From contig NC_043000.1 in assembly GCF_006345805.1 (NCBI RefSeq), positions 67,704,001 to 67,768,000 on the forward strand: DNA of 64,000 nucleotides, in the 5' to 3' direction. Origin of the DNA: Octopus sinensis (Eukaryota). Each line of letters begins with the position of its first letter. Within the stretch, counting starts at the first letter, position 1. Shown one piece after another: positions 1 through 14,386 of this stretch. The notes under the pieces were generated by a model. That model was not told the origin of the DNA. It saw only the letters and a list, made by a program, of their open reading frames with translations, and did not search any database. The translations under genes were made by a program, and so were the position numbers.

Positions 1-254
1 GGTCCTGTGAGAGAGAAAAGAAAACAGCTCTTCAAATATTTTGCTGTTACCAAACATGCTGTCCAAAAGCAACCTAGTCTTTCATTTAATATTTCCCTTA
101 CTTTTTTCGATCCGAAACTATCCGAAAGGCATATTAATTAAATTCTAACGTCAGCTTCAATATATTTAAGCTTGCATTTTTACTCCTATACTCTTTCAAG
201 TTCAAATTAATGAAGAACATCATCGTTTCTGCGCTCGCATTTTTTCGGATAGCG

Positions 255-338
<84 letters not shown>

Positions 339-420
339 CATACATACATACATACATACATACATACATACATACATACATACATACATACATACATACA
401 TACATACATACATACATACA
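255..420. repeat. Compound microsatellite (CA)n-(TA)n-(CATA)n
   Basis: Read directly from the sequence. Confidence 0.95.
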
Positions 421-615
421 TTAGCAAATACTTATATACTTATAGGCATATACATATATAATCAATCATTAGGATTTTTCATCAGTAAATGTTTGCTGTG
501 TTTTTCATTTCATCGGTTAACAATTCTAGCACTAATGTTTGAGTTCGAGCAGTTGCTAACACATGCACACACTCACACATAAACACACACACACATACAC
601 ACACACACACACACA

Positions 616-675
<60 letters not shown>

Positions 676-1106
676 ATATTGATTTAGAGAGAGATGGACA
701 GATAGACAGAAGCAGGGTGACAGAGACAGATTGAGCATTGCGTGTTTTTGTCACATAAAATAATAGATATTCTCCTTTTACGTTAATCAGTCTTGTGTAT
801 GTATAAAATTTATATCTGAAAATTGTGAACACATTAACGACTTTATATTCATTGTTGGTTGAAATTGCTCCACTAACACCGTGACAAGGGAAACAGGCCA
901 TATAACGGGCGTATATTGAATGTACAAATAGAGTTTCTGCATTTCGTTCCTCTGATATGTGTAGTGGTTCACATAAAACCTCCTGGGTCCGAGAGTGTTA
1001 TTTATATGAATAATTATATTTATTTATATTTATTAAAATAGCTTCCATTATCTCAAATATAGGTCTGTGTGTCGAGAAATCTGCTTGTTTTCTATGATAT
1101 ATATAT

Positions 1107-1164
<58 letters not shown>

Positions 1165-2989
1165 CATACATACATACATACATACACATATACGTGTGTT
1201 TGTGCGTATGACCGTATATATATATACATATATATATATAATATATATATATGATATATATATATATCGTATATATATAATATATATTATATATGTCTCA
1301 TATCTATATATATATATGCATGTGTATATATTATATATATACATTCACAAATGATTGTATAAATGATTACACGCATACGTATGTACATACATACATATCT
1401 ATATCTATCTATCTGTCAATATATATATATACAGGCAGATGTGTGGAATGAGTAAGGGAGAAACAGAGAGAAAGAGAGGGAAAGAAAGAAAGGCAGGGAA
1501 GCCTCATATATATAAGATATGCGGAAATTTTTGCCACAGATGGAAAATCTGTTTTTATTGTATTTTAATATATATTTCTGAGATGTAAATATAAAATGTC
1601 CCTCACAACGTTACTTTGAAATAAATTAATTTAACTTTAAAATAGTATATAAGGTTATAAATACAGTTTACTACATACTGTTACTTAGAGTTTGATATCT
1701 ATGATACAGAATGATGCTCAAATGGTTTGTTTTGTGGAGCTTGTGACTTTCACAGTTTTATCAAAATAGTTCGTTCCTTTTTTCTTCTTTGTGTTTGGTG
1801 AGGATGGGGATTTGGTTTGAGTTTCGTAAGAGATTGTGGTCAACAGACTTATGACGGTTCGTTTGTTTACATTCAAATTTGCTTGATCAGAACATTATAA
1901 CTTATTCTCATGTCGACATTTAGAAGCTAGTTCCCATCTTCTGATTAATGTTTCTGTAAATTTTGGTAAGGATGATATATTCCCTTCATTGCAGAAAATT
2001 ATAATGGGAGTTTTCCTTTAGCTGCAGCGCAATGTTGACTAGATATCGTCCTAATCCTTAATATGACACAGCGTAAACTCCTATCTTACGTAAAGTACTA
2101 TTATTTAGTGTTTATTAAAGGTAGACTTTTTACAAGTGTTGTTGTTGATTCAAGGGTCTTCTGCGCCTTACGTTAGTTTGAACCTGTCTCAAATCCCCGA
2201 CCGTAAGTGATTTATTCCACGATTTATTTGTTTTTATATTTTATTTCATTATGATCTGGGGGTCGAAATAAATTAATCAAATTCCTGAAAAATCAGAACA
2301 GTTGAGGCCTAAATAGATATAAGAGGCGCTGGTAACTGCCGAGTTGAAAGTCTAATAATGATAAGCAGGATCTGGGATTACATATCCTGCCGCGTGATCA
2401 ATTTAATTTTGATGAGTGAGTAAATTTTATCTGGTCTTAGTTAATCTATTCTTGAAAGCACTTCTGTGTTAGGCTCTATGAAAATATTTTCGGTTGTGTG
2501 TTGAGGAAACTGTGTAGATGTAGATCAATGAAATTTTTAACACTTATTTTGATTGATTCGGACGAGACAATACGCTTGCCTCACTTGTGATAATTTCTCT
2601 TTCGCAGCCTCTCACGATTACAAATTATGAATATTATCGTAGTTATAGAATATTAGGAGAATTATTTTCTGTGAATATTTTATATATTGTCAGCTATTCA
2701 GGATTCTGTAATTGAAGATTAAAGTGTAAACTGCTGTATACTAGCCTGTTTTTTTCTTCTTAACAATATTCCTCAGTGATATTTGCTAAGCGCTTTTTAC
2801 TAATACAATACTACTTCTGTGTTCATGAATAATTTTACCCATGAGTTTCTCAGCATAAAAAATGTCGACAGTATTTAGTGTAATACTTATTGTGTAGTTG
2901 CATTGCAACCCTGCAAAACCCATCTTCATTTATGTATTTGAACTGCATATCTGCATTATCAAATGAAAGCATGAGACAGAACAAATAGA

Positions 2990-4703
2990 AAAAATCTCTT
3001 AAATACTTCTCAGATTAAAAAAAAATGAGCCATTGGATATTTTTCAAAAACTTTCGAGATCATTTGAGAGTAGGCCAACGCTGCCGCAGATGCTTAATCA
3101 AAATGCCGCAGAAATTAGAAAAGTGCTTTGTTGCTTCATACACAATAGTAAGCTGATTGCTAAAACAGAAAATCAGCACAAGATTAATGAGTCAGTCATC
3201 ATGCCTTCATGGTCAGCAATATCTTGCATCATGAATTTGAGTGCCAACAAAACTATTCAGGCAATTCCTTTGAGTAATTTCCACTGTTGCCAGAAGAATC
3301 GATAAGATGGCTCGTGACATTGAAGAAGAGTTAGTCATTTCAGTTCAATCGAATAAATTCTCTTTTCAAATAGACAAAAACTACTTTGCAAAGTTTATAT
3401 AAGATTCTGAGGTTATGTAAGATTCTGGAAAGGGAATGAATTGATGGAAAAGATGTTATTTGTTAGGAAGATTAAAACAGATACAAAGGGACTGTCTGTT
3501 CTTGAAGTAGTTAAAGTTACCTAGACGTAAACAATATTCCAACGGAGAATATAATTGCTTCTTCAAATGATGGTACCACTTCTATGACTGGTTACTACAG
3601 ATGACTCTTCGTCCATCTAAAAAGGACCATAGTGTTTGTACGCACCATTCACTGCGTAATTCATAGGATTCACCTAGTAACTTAAAACTGAGGAGGACGT
3701 CTCAATCTTTCGCTTCAGCTGTCATAAAGATATAAACTTTAACAAACTCTTCTGGAACGCCCCATGTGAAAAAATGGTGAAGACTTTCAAAACGCTACTG
3801 TCGCATATCGAGGTGAGGTGACTTTCTAAAGGAAACTATCTTCAACGTTTTGAGACGTTCTTAGGCATATCTGAGTCTTCTTCCATTTTCTTTATTAGAC
3901 TTTCATGTCTCAGTTTATTAAATACAGCATTATTTAATAAACTGAGACATGAAAGCAGTAACTGAGCATTTAATAAACTGAGCATTAAAGCAGTAGCCTC
4001 ATAGAAAGTAAGGAAGCATTTGTTCCTTTCCTTAAGAAATTCGAAGTATATTGGTACAGCATAAGGCTTTGGAATTTTCACAATTTCCAAACCCAGGAAT
4101 AATCGATTTGGTACTGAAAAACGATGAGCTTATTAATTTATGTGAATCATCTTAACAGATACAAGTATATTCAAGAAATATTTGATGACCTTTTGAACCT
4201 AAGTGTCCTGGAACGGATTTTGAATCCTTTTGAAATGGAAGCTACTGAAGTTGAGGCAAAAGTTCAAGAGGATTTGATTTATCTTTAAACTAATACTATT
4301 GTACTTCGCCAATTCGATCTGTTTCATAAAAATTTGTGGATCAAAATTAATCTGCCAAATATATTCCCTGTACTGTGGAGAAAGGTCCAAATATATTTCA
4401 TTGCATTTCCACCAGCGTGTTTGGTCGAGTGCAGATTTTGTTGCCTTATCAAAATCAAGGAAAAGTCTTGAGATCGCAACAATATCATAAAACGTGTCGA
4501 AAAACAACAATCTTGAGAATCGCATTAGTTATGTTAAATATTAAATCTTAACTTCATGTATTTCTTATTCGGTTATGTCTTATGTCAAAATTCTTATTTA
4601 TTTCTACTTATTCCTGATGTCCCCTTGTTTGACAAAGACCCTAGAATCTGAGTAGAATTTTAAAGAAGGTCCTGAGAAAAAAGGCGGGGTTGAGAATAGC
4701 TAA
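2990..4703 (+). mobile_element. Decayed hAT transposon (ZBED5/SCAND3/Charlie-like transposase pseudogene)
   Basis: Frameshifted AIPLSN.TVARRIDKMARDIEEEL, IHCVIHR (CxxH), LSHIEVR*LSKG (HTEVRWLS), AFPPACLVE; possible end ...ggggttgagaatagct; boundaries approximate. Confidence 0.85.
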
Positions 4704-5664
4704 GTGTATATATATATTATATATTCTGTACATGTATATGTGCGTGCAGATGGATGGATAGATGGATGGATACATAGGTCTGTCATTCTATGAGACAAGG
4801 GATTCACCTGCAACGAGTGACAAATTCTACAAAGCTTCTTACAGACTGACTGCGACAGTATTCCTGCTGGTCATTTTGTTGTAAATGTTTCCTGGCATGG
4901 AGCTACCAAGACAAATAATCAATTCAATTCAGGTCAAATTGTTGTTGTTGCTGCTGTTACTTTTGTTGTTATTTAGGTCCAAATTACCCCTTATCGAACA
5001 GACCTATGATCAAAGGCGTTCCATTTATAACCATCTCGCCTCTTTATATATTTTGCACTACATTCTGGATTCGTTTGTATGTGATTTTAAGGAATTTAGC
5101 TGCTACTTCTTGCAAGCCCGGTGAGCTTGTAGAAGCTCGTTCTTTGAATCCATTTCCGATGAACTGATACGGTTTTATGGTATGACTCTAATTACAGTGG
5201 ATATGACAGGTGCTGAAGCGTTTTTCCAGTTCTCTAGAGTTCTTAAGAGAAATGATTTCCGCGTTTTAAACATCGAAATCCGTCTTAAATGAAGACAAAC
5301 AACTGATAACCAGAGACTACGTTTTACTGAGTTAAGTAAAATAATATTTGAGAAAAAACGTTGTACATAGTCTAACAATTGTTAGCTATGGATTTGTCAT
5401 GTTAGTGATCAGATGGTGCCCACCCACTATTGGAGGAGCGGTTGGTAGACACCCCCCACCACCACCACCACCACCACTGATGTCTAATCAAGATATTCTA
5501 AATTTTGCTTGATGGACATGGTGTGATATATTTTAATCGCAACCACAGAAGAATTGAAAGAGTTTGCAATTCAGATATCAGTTGAAAAATTTTGCTTCTG
5601 ATTCTGATTAACAGAAAGCTAACGCAATATAATGTAGATTTTAACGTACAATATAGCTTCGTTT

Positions 5665-5900
5665 ATATACATACATACATACATACATACATACATACAT
5701 ACATACATACTACATACATACATACATACATACATACATACATACATACATGCGTGCATGCATGCATGTATGTATGTACGTATGTATGTATGTATGTATG
5801 TATGTATGTATGTATGTATGTATATGCACGCATGTATGTATGTATGTATGTATGTATGTATGTATGTATGTATGTATGTATGTATGTATGTATGTATGTA
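5665..5900. repeat. (CATA)n followed by (TATG)n: inverted microsatellite pair
   Basis: Read directly from the sequence. Confidence 0.95.
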
Positions 5901-6649
5901 TACGCATATTCACTTCTTCGAAACATTTAAATAGTTTGTGGAGTATTTTAGTAATTTAAAAGCGGAATTCCGGAAATTAAATTATGATCTGTTCTGTCAC
6001 GAATTAACTACTATTTCTTTAACGTTATCATGAAAACTTAAAATTTGATAAAGAAAAGCATTGAATTTTTCTGAATTTTTCTATCAGTTGCAATGAAAGA
6101 GATTAAGAGATTATAAATTTCTGATATGATTTTGATAGAATGCAGTAAGTTATGATATTCAAGATTGAAGGTATCTCTGAGAAATTTTGCCAGGTAAAAT
6201 TGTGATCGTTTTCTCTTCACAATGGGAATGAATATTTAGGAAATGGGTGTTGGCAGTCTTGTCAATAGTATGGGATCCGAGCATTCTTTTCTGTTTTTTC
6301 TTCTTTTTTTTTTTAAAGATTCAATCAGGTAATGGAATAAGAGAAAAGTGGATTGTTAATCAATAATTTTATTTACCGGGGAGCCGCATTAAGACGCTAG
6401 GAAACATTTACATGGCATAAGAAAGTATTCTTTATTATTCTTATTTTACTATTCTTTTTAGAATAACCAAAATAGTAAAAACATCATTATTCATCCCGGC
6501 TGGTATTTTCTAGGATTGTTTTATATAACGTCTTTGATAAACACAATATCAGAACGTTTGCTTCAAATTTCTTAAGAGAATAATTTCAAAATTTCTACGA
6601 AAGAATCGAAGAAATCACCATAAACACTTCACCATTATTCTATACACAC

Positions 6650-6749
<100 letters not shown>

Positions 6750-6848
6750 ATACTTATACTGATAATATTAATTAAAACTTTTATGTATTTAGTTTTTCTC
6801 ATTCCGTTCCTATCTAAATGTTGTTGTTTTTTTCTTCTTTTTTCTCAG

Positions 6849-7057
6849 TTGGCGGTGGCTCAGCTGGATGTGTGCTCGCTTCACGACTTTCTGAAAATGA
6901 AAACAATACTGTTTTACTTTTAGAAGCCGGTAATGTTGAAACTGGAAGTATGTTTGTGAGCATTCCAGCTGGAGTGGCGAAGTTATTTAGATCATCCTAT
7001 GATTGGCAATATTTTACAGAGCCACAAAAACAAAGTTGTCAGGCACTTAATGAAAAG
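6849..7057 (+). CDS. GMC oxidoreductase (glucose dehydrogenase/choline dehydrogenase-like), first identifiable coding exon (upstream exon not found)
   Basis: ttctcAG acceptor; (V)GGGSAGCVLASRLSENENNTVLLLEAG...YDWQYFTEPQ = FAD-binding Rossmann GxGxxG motif; AAG|gtaac donor; 209 nt, phase 1 to 0. Confidence 0.95.
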
Positions 7058-7685
7058 GTAACACTAGTTGTGGTTTTCTTATAATTTTCATAATTTTCAT
7101 AAATTTTTCATATAATTTTTACACTACTTCTAAAATTATTTATGTCTAAATGATTTTTCTTTTTTTAAAAAATATCATTTTATAAATGATATATGTATAG
7201 TTGATTATATAACAACCAACTATGGGTAGTAAGCTACGAAGTTCTTACATTCTATCGATTTCTTATAATTCAGACTACCTCATGGTCCCGGTAGACAAAA
7301 TGGAAAAGTGTAGTTCAGGAGGATGGCGAGAGAGATGCGCTGTAACAGGCACTCTGACTCACGGGACTCGCACTTACGGATAGCAATCTCCACCCCGATA
7401 GCAGTGAGCAGGGATATGGCACGGTGACACGGTGACCGAGAACGCCGGAGGTCTCCACGGCTACATGGTCGACCATAAACCTGTCAGAGAGCGACCGATA
7501 CTTTTATAAATTAAAGGTCAACCTCAAAGACTCAAGGAATAGTAAAACCATAATTTCAAATTAATTATCATTTGAAATGGCTTGCAATTACCAAATGCGT
7601 AGTAGATGTTTGCATTGAAATCGTCCGGAAATATTCAGAAATTATTTTCTTTACTCTCCCACTAATCTTTTGTTGTGTATTTTAG

Positions 7686-7875
7686 CGAAGTTACTGGGCC
7701 AGTGGAAAAACTTTAGGAGGTTCCAGTAGCATAAATTTTATGATCTATGAACGTGGAAACCACTACAACTATGATGAATGGGCAGCCAGAGGCTGTGAAG
7801 GCTGGAGCTACGATGAAGTTTTGCCTTATTTTATGAAATCAGAAGGTAATAAAATCAAAGATCTAGAAAATTCGG
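7686..7875 (+). CDS. GMC oxidoreductase exon
   Basis: tttAG acceptor; [53 protein letters not shown] fits the GMC signature-1 pattern; G|gtaag donor; 190 nt. Confidence 0.95.
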
Positions 7876-9119
7876 GTAAGGCATCTTTTCAGAATATTTA
7901 TGTATATAATTCTGAAATAAATTTTATTCAATTATCATTTTAAAATATTAAATTCGAATCAGTAATAAAACAATTAATTAAATTTTTCGAAGGTTAATTC
8001 CTTATGACAACACAGTCCCGCTATTTCAGCTTGCTTAGGATCTAGAAAGTGCCGGATTATCAAATATGCGAGTGTATTGGAACTTAGTCAAAAACTTTTT
8101 TTAACCAAGTTTTTAACCAAGATATGTAGCTATGTTTCAGCAGCTTCAAAATCTGCTGGATCTAGGAAGAGCTCAGAAACTAAGGAAATGAAGTTGGTGA
8201 TTGTGAAACGTTCTTAACAACAACCAATACCCACGAGGTATGATCTAGTCAACAGGGAAGTAGTTACATAGTCACTCGACCTGCCTAAATTTGCAGCCAA
8301 ATTTCCCCTAAATTACACTCAGCCGACTTAAAAAGCAGAAATACATTCAGTAATGTAACCCTTGATTCTGACTGCCCAAGAAAAGGATAAGTTATTCATG
8401 ACTAGAATGTCTTTGATCATAGGTCTACTCGCTAAGGACTAGTCTGGGTTTAAGCACCAGAAATTGGGCAATGTAGTTGTATATACGAAAAAGACCAATG
8501 GTCCATTACTGGAATGCCTTTGATCATTGATCTACTTGATCGGGATTGATCTAGAGTTAAACATTATAATGATATATGCTGTGCAACTAGGATCTTGAAA
8601 GCTTATTTCTGAATGCAGATACAAACTAATATATTTTACTGTTGGATTTATTAGTTACTACACTAAAGCCTAGACAAGGAGATGAAGGCTTTATTGATAT
8701 CGATTATTTGCTTTTGGTTCTCATTCATATATACGTTTTATAATAGTATCCATACTTATCGAATTTTTTTCCAAAAAATATCTCTCAAAACTCTACCCGG
8801 GTCTTCTATGCGAAGCTGGGCCTCGATAAGATGACTTTGTCCTTGTCATTCACAACTATTGGTTAATTTTAATTTAGGTGATCTCTTTTACTTAGACTGA
8901 CTCCATAATAATAATATTTACTTACGCATTATTGTTATTACTTGAACATTATTTGTATTACTTTTACTATAATGATATAGGATATTTTCACTAACAGGAT
9001 TTCTTGCTTTGAGTTCAACTCTACTGCTAACTTACTTTTTATATTCAGTAATGTTTTCTGCTATAGCTAGTTACTTTTGTAACGTTCTGTAACATACTAC
9101 TAGATTACTTTAAATATTT

Positions 9120-9330
9120 GTTTCAAATTTTGGTACGAGACCAGCAATTTCAGGGGAGGGAGCGAATCGATTTCGTCGATCCCAGTGCTCAACTGATACT
9201 TATTTATCGACCCCGAAAGGATGAAAGGCAAAGTTGACCTCGCGGAATTTGAACTCAAAACGTAGCGATGGCCGAAATGCCGCTAAACATTTTGCCCGGC
9301 GCACTAACGATTCTGCCAGTTCACCGCCTT
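9120..9330 (-). mobile_element. tRNA-derived SINE, family A
   Basis: A box tggcagaatcgtta, B box gttcaaattcc, core gcctttcatcctttcggggtcgataaataagta; further copies at 21068-21267 and 35410-35620. Confidence 0.85.
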
Positions 9331-9574
9331 GATTGCTTAATATACTAAAATATTTTTCTTCGGGATACGCTACTGAAATTGGGATGTTTTAATATATCTG
9401 TACACCTTTTATATCATCAAATACGATAAATCAAAATGCTTGCAAACAAGTATTTTAAAAGTATACCACGAAACAAGTAATTTCTGTTATCGATATTTAT
9501 TGATATTTTTACATATATATTGCAGCTTTACATACTACAAACAGCTGCCGAATCCCCTTCAGCTAACGGTTTAG

Positions 9575-11346
9575 GGGAAGACGGGTCAAAACGGACCCAC
9601 CCCTATGGGAAAAGTTCGATATTTCCGTCAAAAATGCGCACATCTTGTGCATAGAGAATAGCCATTCACATGTTTCTGTGTAGTATGATTAATTGGAAAA
9701 AAAATCTTGCATTATGTGCAAAAGAAGATGCGTGCAAAAGAACTTTTTATCAGACATGGTCCGTTTTGCCCCAGCACTGGGGCAAAAGAGTTCAGGTTGG
9801 ACCGTTTTGCCCCATAAGAATGTTTATTACATTTTGCCGTATTCAAATACATACTCGTGTGTATTATACTGGAATGCATCTTTTATTTATAAAACAACTG
9901 AAAATGACAGAAATGAAAGTAAACTATGATCATGAGAAATACAGTTTCCTGCTTTCAATTTGCAGACCCCTCCCACCCTGAAGGTTCATGGTTTCTTTCT
10001 TTTTTTTTTTTTGTTAAAGACACAGAAATAATGCTCAATGTGACTGGTCAGCAAGGTAGCTGATTAGGGGACACAGAGTTCACAAATGAATGTAACGTCA
10101 TCAATTCCAACCCCAGCACAATTTTGATGTGCCTATTCCCTGCACAGCTGACATTCAATCCAATTTTCTGTCGGGGGTTCTTGATAAAGTTCGCCACAGA
10201 AAATGCAATATAACTCCTTGTCTGTTGTTTTTGCTGTGCAGGCTGGTGTCTTCAGCACACTTCCTGCGGTCTTGGGTTTGCGAGCATTTCTCCTTGCTGT
10301 TGATTTAGTTGTTGATTTTTCATGACTTTAGCTGACAGAGAGTTTTAAAGAGTGAACTGGTGAGGCACTCTGAAGTTTGAGCTATTCCTTTTCTTACTGT
10401 ATCCTGAGTTCGTGGAACAGGCGACAAGGAAACAACAGAGATTTTTTGTTGTGGTGGATTGAATAGGCCTACTTCTGTGTCTTCTTGACTTTTTCATTCA
10501 TCTGCACCTTTGACAGATGGATCATAAGAATGTGAGGGTGCATGAACTACTTGTAGCTGTTCCTGTGATGGTGTTGGACTTTCCTTAGGATCAGCAATTT
10601 CAGTGACTTCTACTGAAATGTAATCGACATCACCAAACACATCCGGGTTTTATGGCCAGATCCCAGTGCAACGAAATTCACTGCAGGTATTCTGAGCCGT
10701 TGCAGATCGTATGAAGGCCTGTCCAAAAAGGTAGTAACTTTGAAGTTATCTGCTCGCTGACCTGGATGATTGATGGTCCACTTGTTAACTTTCTGGTGAT
10801 AAAAGGTTTTGAGGAGTGCAAAAAAGATCCTAAGGGCTGAAGCTTGTGGCTGGTATGAGATGGAATTGATACTATGACTACGCCATGTTTGCGAGCTAGA
10901 TCAATTGCATCTAACTTGATGTGGCTGATGTGATTGTCTAAGAGGAAGAGCACTTTTCTCTCAACAAATGGTGCTCCATGAAGCAATGGGTCAGCTATGC
11001 GCTTCCTCTTGAAGATAAACGCAGGCGTTATGAAATGCTCGGTGACGCTCATTGGACACACATCTGTCACAGTTCTTCCTTTCTCAGCACTAACAATTCG
11101 TCCAACCTGCTTTGCTCTCTTCAGTGAGATGACTTTTGGAACTCTCTGCACTGAGGACAGACTTGTTTCCTCCATGCTGAAAATCCGATCAGCTGTGAAA
11201 TGGTGCTGCTGGTAAACTTCTTTTAGAACATCAAAAAATCTGCCAATCTGGACCCTGTAGAATGCTGCAGCACGACGGACACTTGTCGACGAACAATCTG
11301 GAGTCCAAGAGCCTCTTCCAGTTTTACGAATGTAATATCTCACCAT
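9575..11346 (-). mobile_element. pogo/Tigger-type (DDE_1) transposon remnant with internal deletions
   Basis: ORF 10678-11346: RIFSMEETSL..., SAEKGRTVT, LFLLDNHISH, IPSHTSHKLQPL; left end taggggaagacgggtcaaaacggaccc with subterminal ccgttttgcccc repeats; right TIR not found. Confidence 0.8.
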
Positions 11347-11733
11347 CTTTAAATAATTAACAAAATGAGAAGAAGATAGTGAGATAAAAACTCATGCATA
11401 CTCACACCCACACAGACACCGGCGCTCACACCCCTGCACACACACACACACACACGCACACACTCGCATTTGCATACACGTACACCCAAACACACTTGAC
11501 AATGTAGACCCTAAAATAAAAAATGACTTAATGGTCATAGATTGAACACCTTTGATTGCAAACTTTTCTCAGTATCGATCCGAGACTAAACAATAATTGC
11601 AATTATCATTATACAGCGTTTCAAATTAAATTAATTCAGGTTGTTAAGTATCCGGTTACAAAGTAATAAGGAATTTAAATATATATGCTTAAATATACGT
11701 CCGATGATAACATTTTATGTCACTTATTTCTAG

Positions 11734-11862
11734 TTTATCATAATGCCGATGGACCACTAATCGTAACGAAAGTAGGGAGCACACCAATCATCAATAATTT
11801 CCTCGGTGCAGCAAAAGAGCTTGGTTACTCTGTTGGAGATATAAATGGAGATTTAGTCGAAG
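11734..11862 (+). CDS. GMC oxidoreductase exon
   Basis: ttctAG acceptor; YHNADGPLIVTKVGSTPIINNFLGAAKELGYSVGDING; G|gtaat donor; 129 nt, phase 1 to 1. Confidence 0.93.
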
Positions 11863-12313
11863 GTAATGTTGTTCTTTACTTTTTATTAATATCGTTCATA
11901 GAAAATGTGATGATATGCTCGGTTTTGGGACCAATCAGACCTGCCTCCTGATGATAATACAATTCCTTCTGCACCTTGCCGTGAGTTGTGCTAATGTTTA
12001 TCAGGGTTTTATTTTTTTCTAAGCTGAGGCCTATCATCAGTTAAGGTGTCCAGTGCCATGGATAACACTTCGAAGAGTTGCTTTATAATGGCTCTTTAAC
12101 CCTAAGTGCAAAATCTCATGTCCCCATCCAGTTTATGACCCGTATTCTAATGAACATAAGATCTCAAAAGCCATCTGCAGCTACGATGTAATGATTAATA
12201 GCAACCCTGAAGAATAAATGATGAAATTTTCTGACCATTCCACACAACCAATCTTATACACACACACACACAAACTTGTACAGAAATACATACAAACATG
12301 CATACGTATATAC

Positions 12314-12386
<73 letters not shown>

Positions 12387-13619
12387 GCTTTAACCATAGG
12401 GCACCTGCCGGGCGAAAGGCTTTCACCTTTGGTTATAGCTTCATAAATACTGTTGATGCATTTGTATTAGACATTTTCACTCAACAATGAGGTTTGTGTT
12501 TTAAGGTTAGCCACCAACCGGTATTTTTATCGAGACACCATCTGTAGTAAGATTGGCAACCAAGACTGCAGAGTTCCTACTACCCATACGTTGGGCTTGT
12601 TCCCTCGCATGACCATGATTCTCACTAGGAGACAGGTGACTGTTGGTCCCGTATTTTCATCCAAATATTACTCCAGAATTAAGTCCCAATTCGCGATTCG
12701 TTCATCTTCATCTCAGGCATGGAGCCGTTGGACACTGACAGGTTGTCACCATTGTGGCTAAGGAGTCCGATCTACTCCAGTTTTAAATCAGAGAGTTCCT
12801 TCTCCTAGACACACTGCCAACCAAGACTCAAGAGTTCCGTCTACCCGTCTTCAGAATAGCCATTGCCGGTTTTTATTTTTAATCCAGCAGAGTGCCGAAA
12901 ATCCTCCCTCATAACCAAGCAAACTTAGTGAGGTTGCTGCTTTAGTCACCGACGCCTCGACAGTTTCACAACGTCACTTGTTAATCATTCTGGGTAATTA
13001 TTTACTTATTCACCATTAAAATTCACTATTACAACTGTAATCCCAATCTTATTATTTACTTGTTCACTATTGTAGTTTCACTATTATCATTATAGTTATA
13101 TTATTACCATAAGGTCTAGAGGTCCTAATATTGTCTTCCTGATTTCTTTACACAACAAATGATGGCAGATTTACGGCTGTTTGTTTAGCTACTGAAGATA
13201 CTGCGACGCTAAATAGAAGACCGGGCTTGTGGTGTCTACTAACACAGACTGTTTATTTGTTGTTATTATCATTAATGAAGAAACAAACTTATTTTTGCGT
13301 AAACCGAAAATCCACCCTCCTAGTTATTCATCAAAAATAACTATATCTACAACTTTCTTCCTTAATCGATTGATAAAGTTAATTTTAAAAAGTAAACAGC
13401 TTTAGTGAGGTTCCATTGCAGGTAATGAGGGTTTCGTGCGTTAGCCCTTATCGAAGGCCTGGGAGTTTATACAGCTGTTGATATAGGTGTGAGTTTATAT
13501 AGCTGTTGTTATTTATCAACAGCTATATAACCTCACAGTCCTTCGATCCATGAATAGTTTGATAAGTGCCAACACACGAAATTCTCAGACCTTGAGTCAT
13601 TCTCTTACTTTTGTTAAAT

Positions 13620-13686
13620 GTTAATATATATGTGTGTGTGTATACGAATATATATATACGTGTATGTATATTTATATGTATATATA

Positions 13687-13717
<31 letters not shown>

Positions 13718-13732
13718 TTGTGTCTGTGTGTT

Positions 13733-13816
<84 letters not shown>

Positions 13817-13975
13817 TGTGTGTGTGTATGTATGTATGTATATATTTATGAATGTGTGTATGTATGTATGTATGTATGTATGTATGTATGTATGTATGTA
13901 TGTATGTATGTATGTATGTATGTATGTATGTGTGTGTGTGTGTGTATGTATGTATGTGTGTGTGTACGTATGTAT
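13620..13975. repeat. Compound microsatellite (TG)/(TA)/(TATG)
   Basis: Read directly from the sequence. Confidence 0.95.
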
Positions 13976-14386
13976 ACATTACTGGTGAGGACTTGTTTAT
14001 AGGGTTACCCTGGTTTTCTCTCCATAAAGAGTATCTTTATGGCGTATCATCAGACCCTAAGACTTGTTGGCTTAGGGCCTCTTTAAAGTAAGGAGGGGGA
14101 ACGAACCGTATATAAACAATAGGGTTTATCTTCCTCTTCTGATGGTCATCGACTTCCGGCTATGTCGTTCTCTTTCAGCTATGCCACCTGTGTAGGCTGT
14201 GAGGGTAGAAGGTAGGGGGCTATCTCCCACTTTCATCAGCAATCAACTTCTAGCCGTGGTGTAAATATTATCGCTAATACCGCTATTATCGTTAGTATGC
14301 AGTTACCAAAACGCTAATAGAAATTTCCTGAAATTCAAGCACGGCCCAAAAATCTCCAGAACAGAGATTTTCGGGCCATGCTTGAA

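Noticed and set aside
2063-2120. ATG...TTT ATT AAA G|gtagac as the missing first GMC exon
   Set aside because: The phase fits, but the peptide MTQRKLLSYVKYYYLVFIK lacks the YDYII strand that must precede VGGG
6121-6150. Strong gtaagt donor upstream of the first GMC exon
   Set aside because: The required frame has a stop a few codons upstream, and the peptide is not GMC-like
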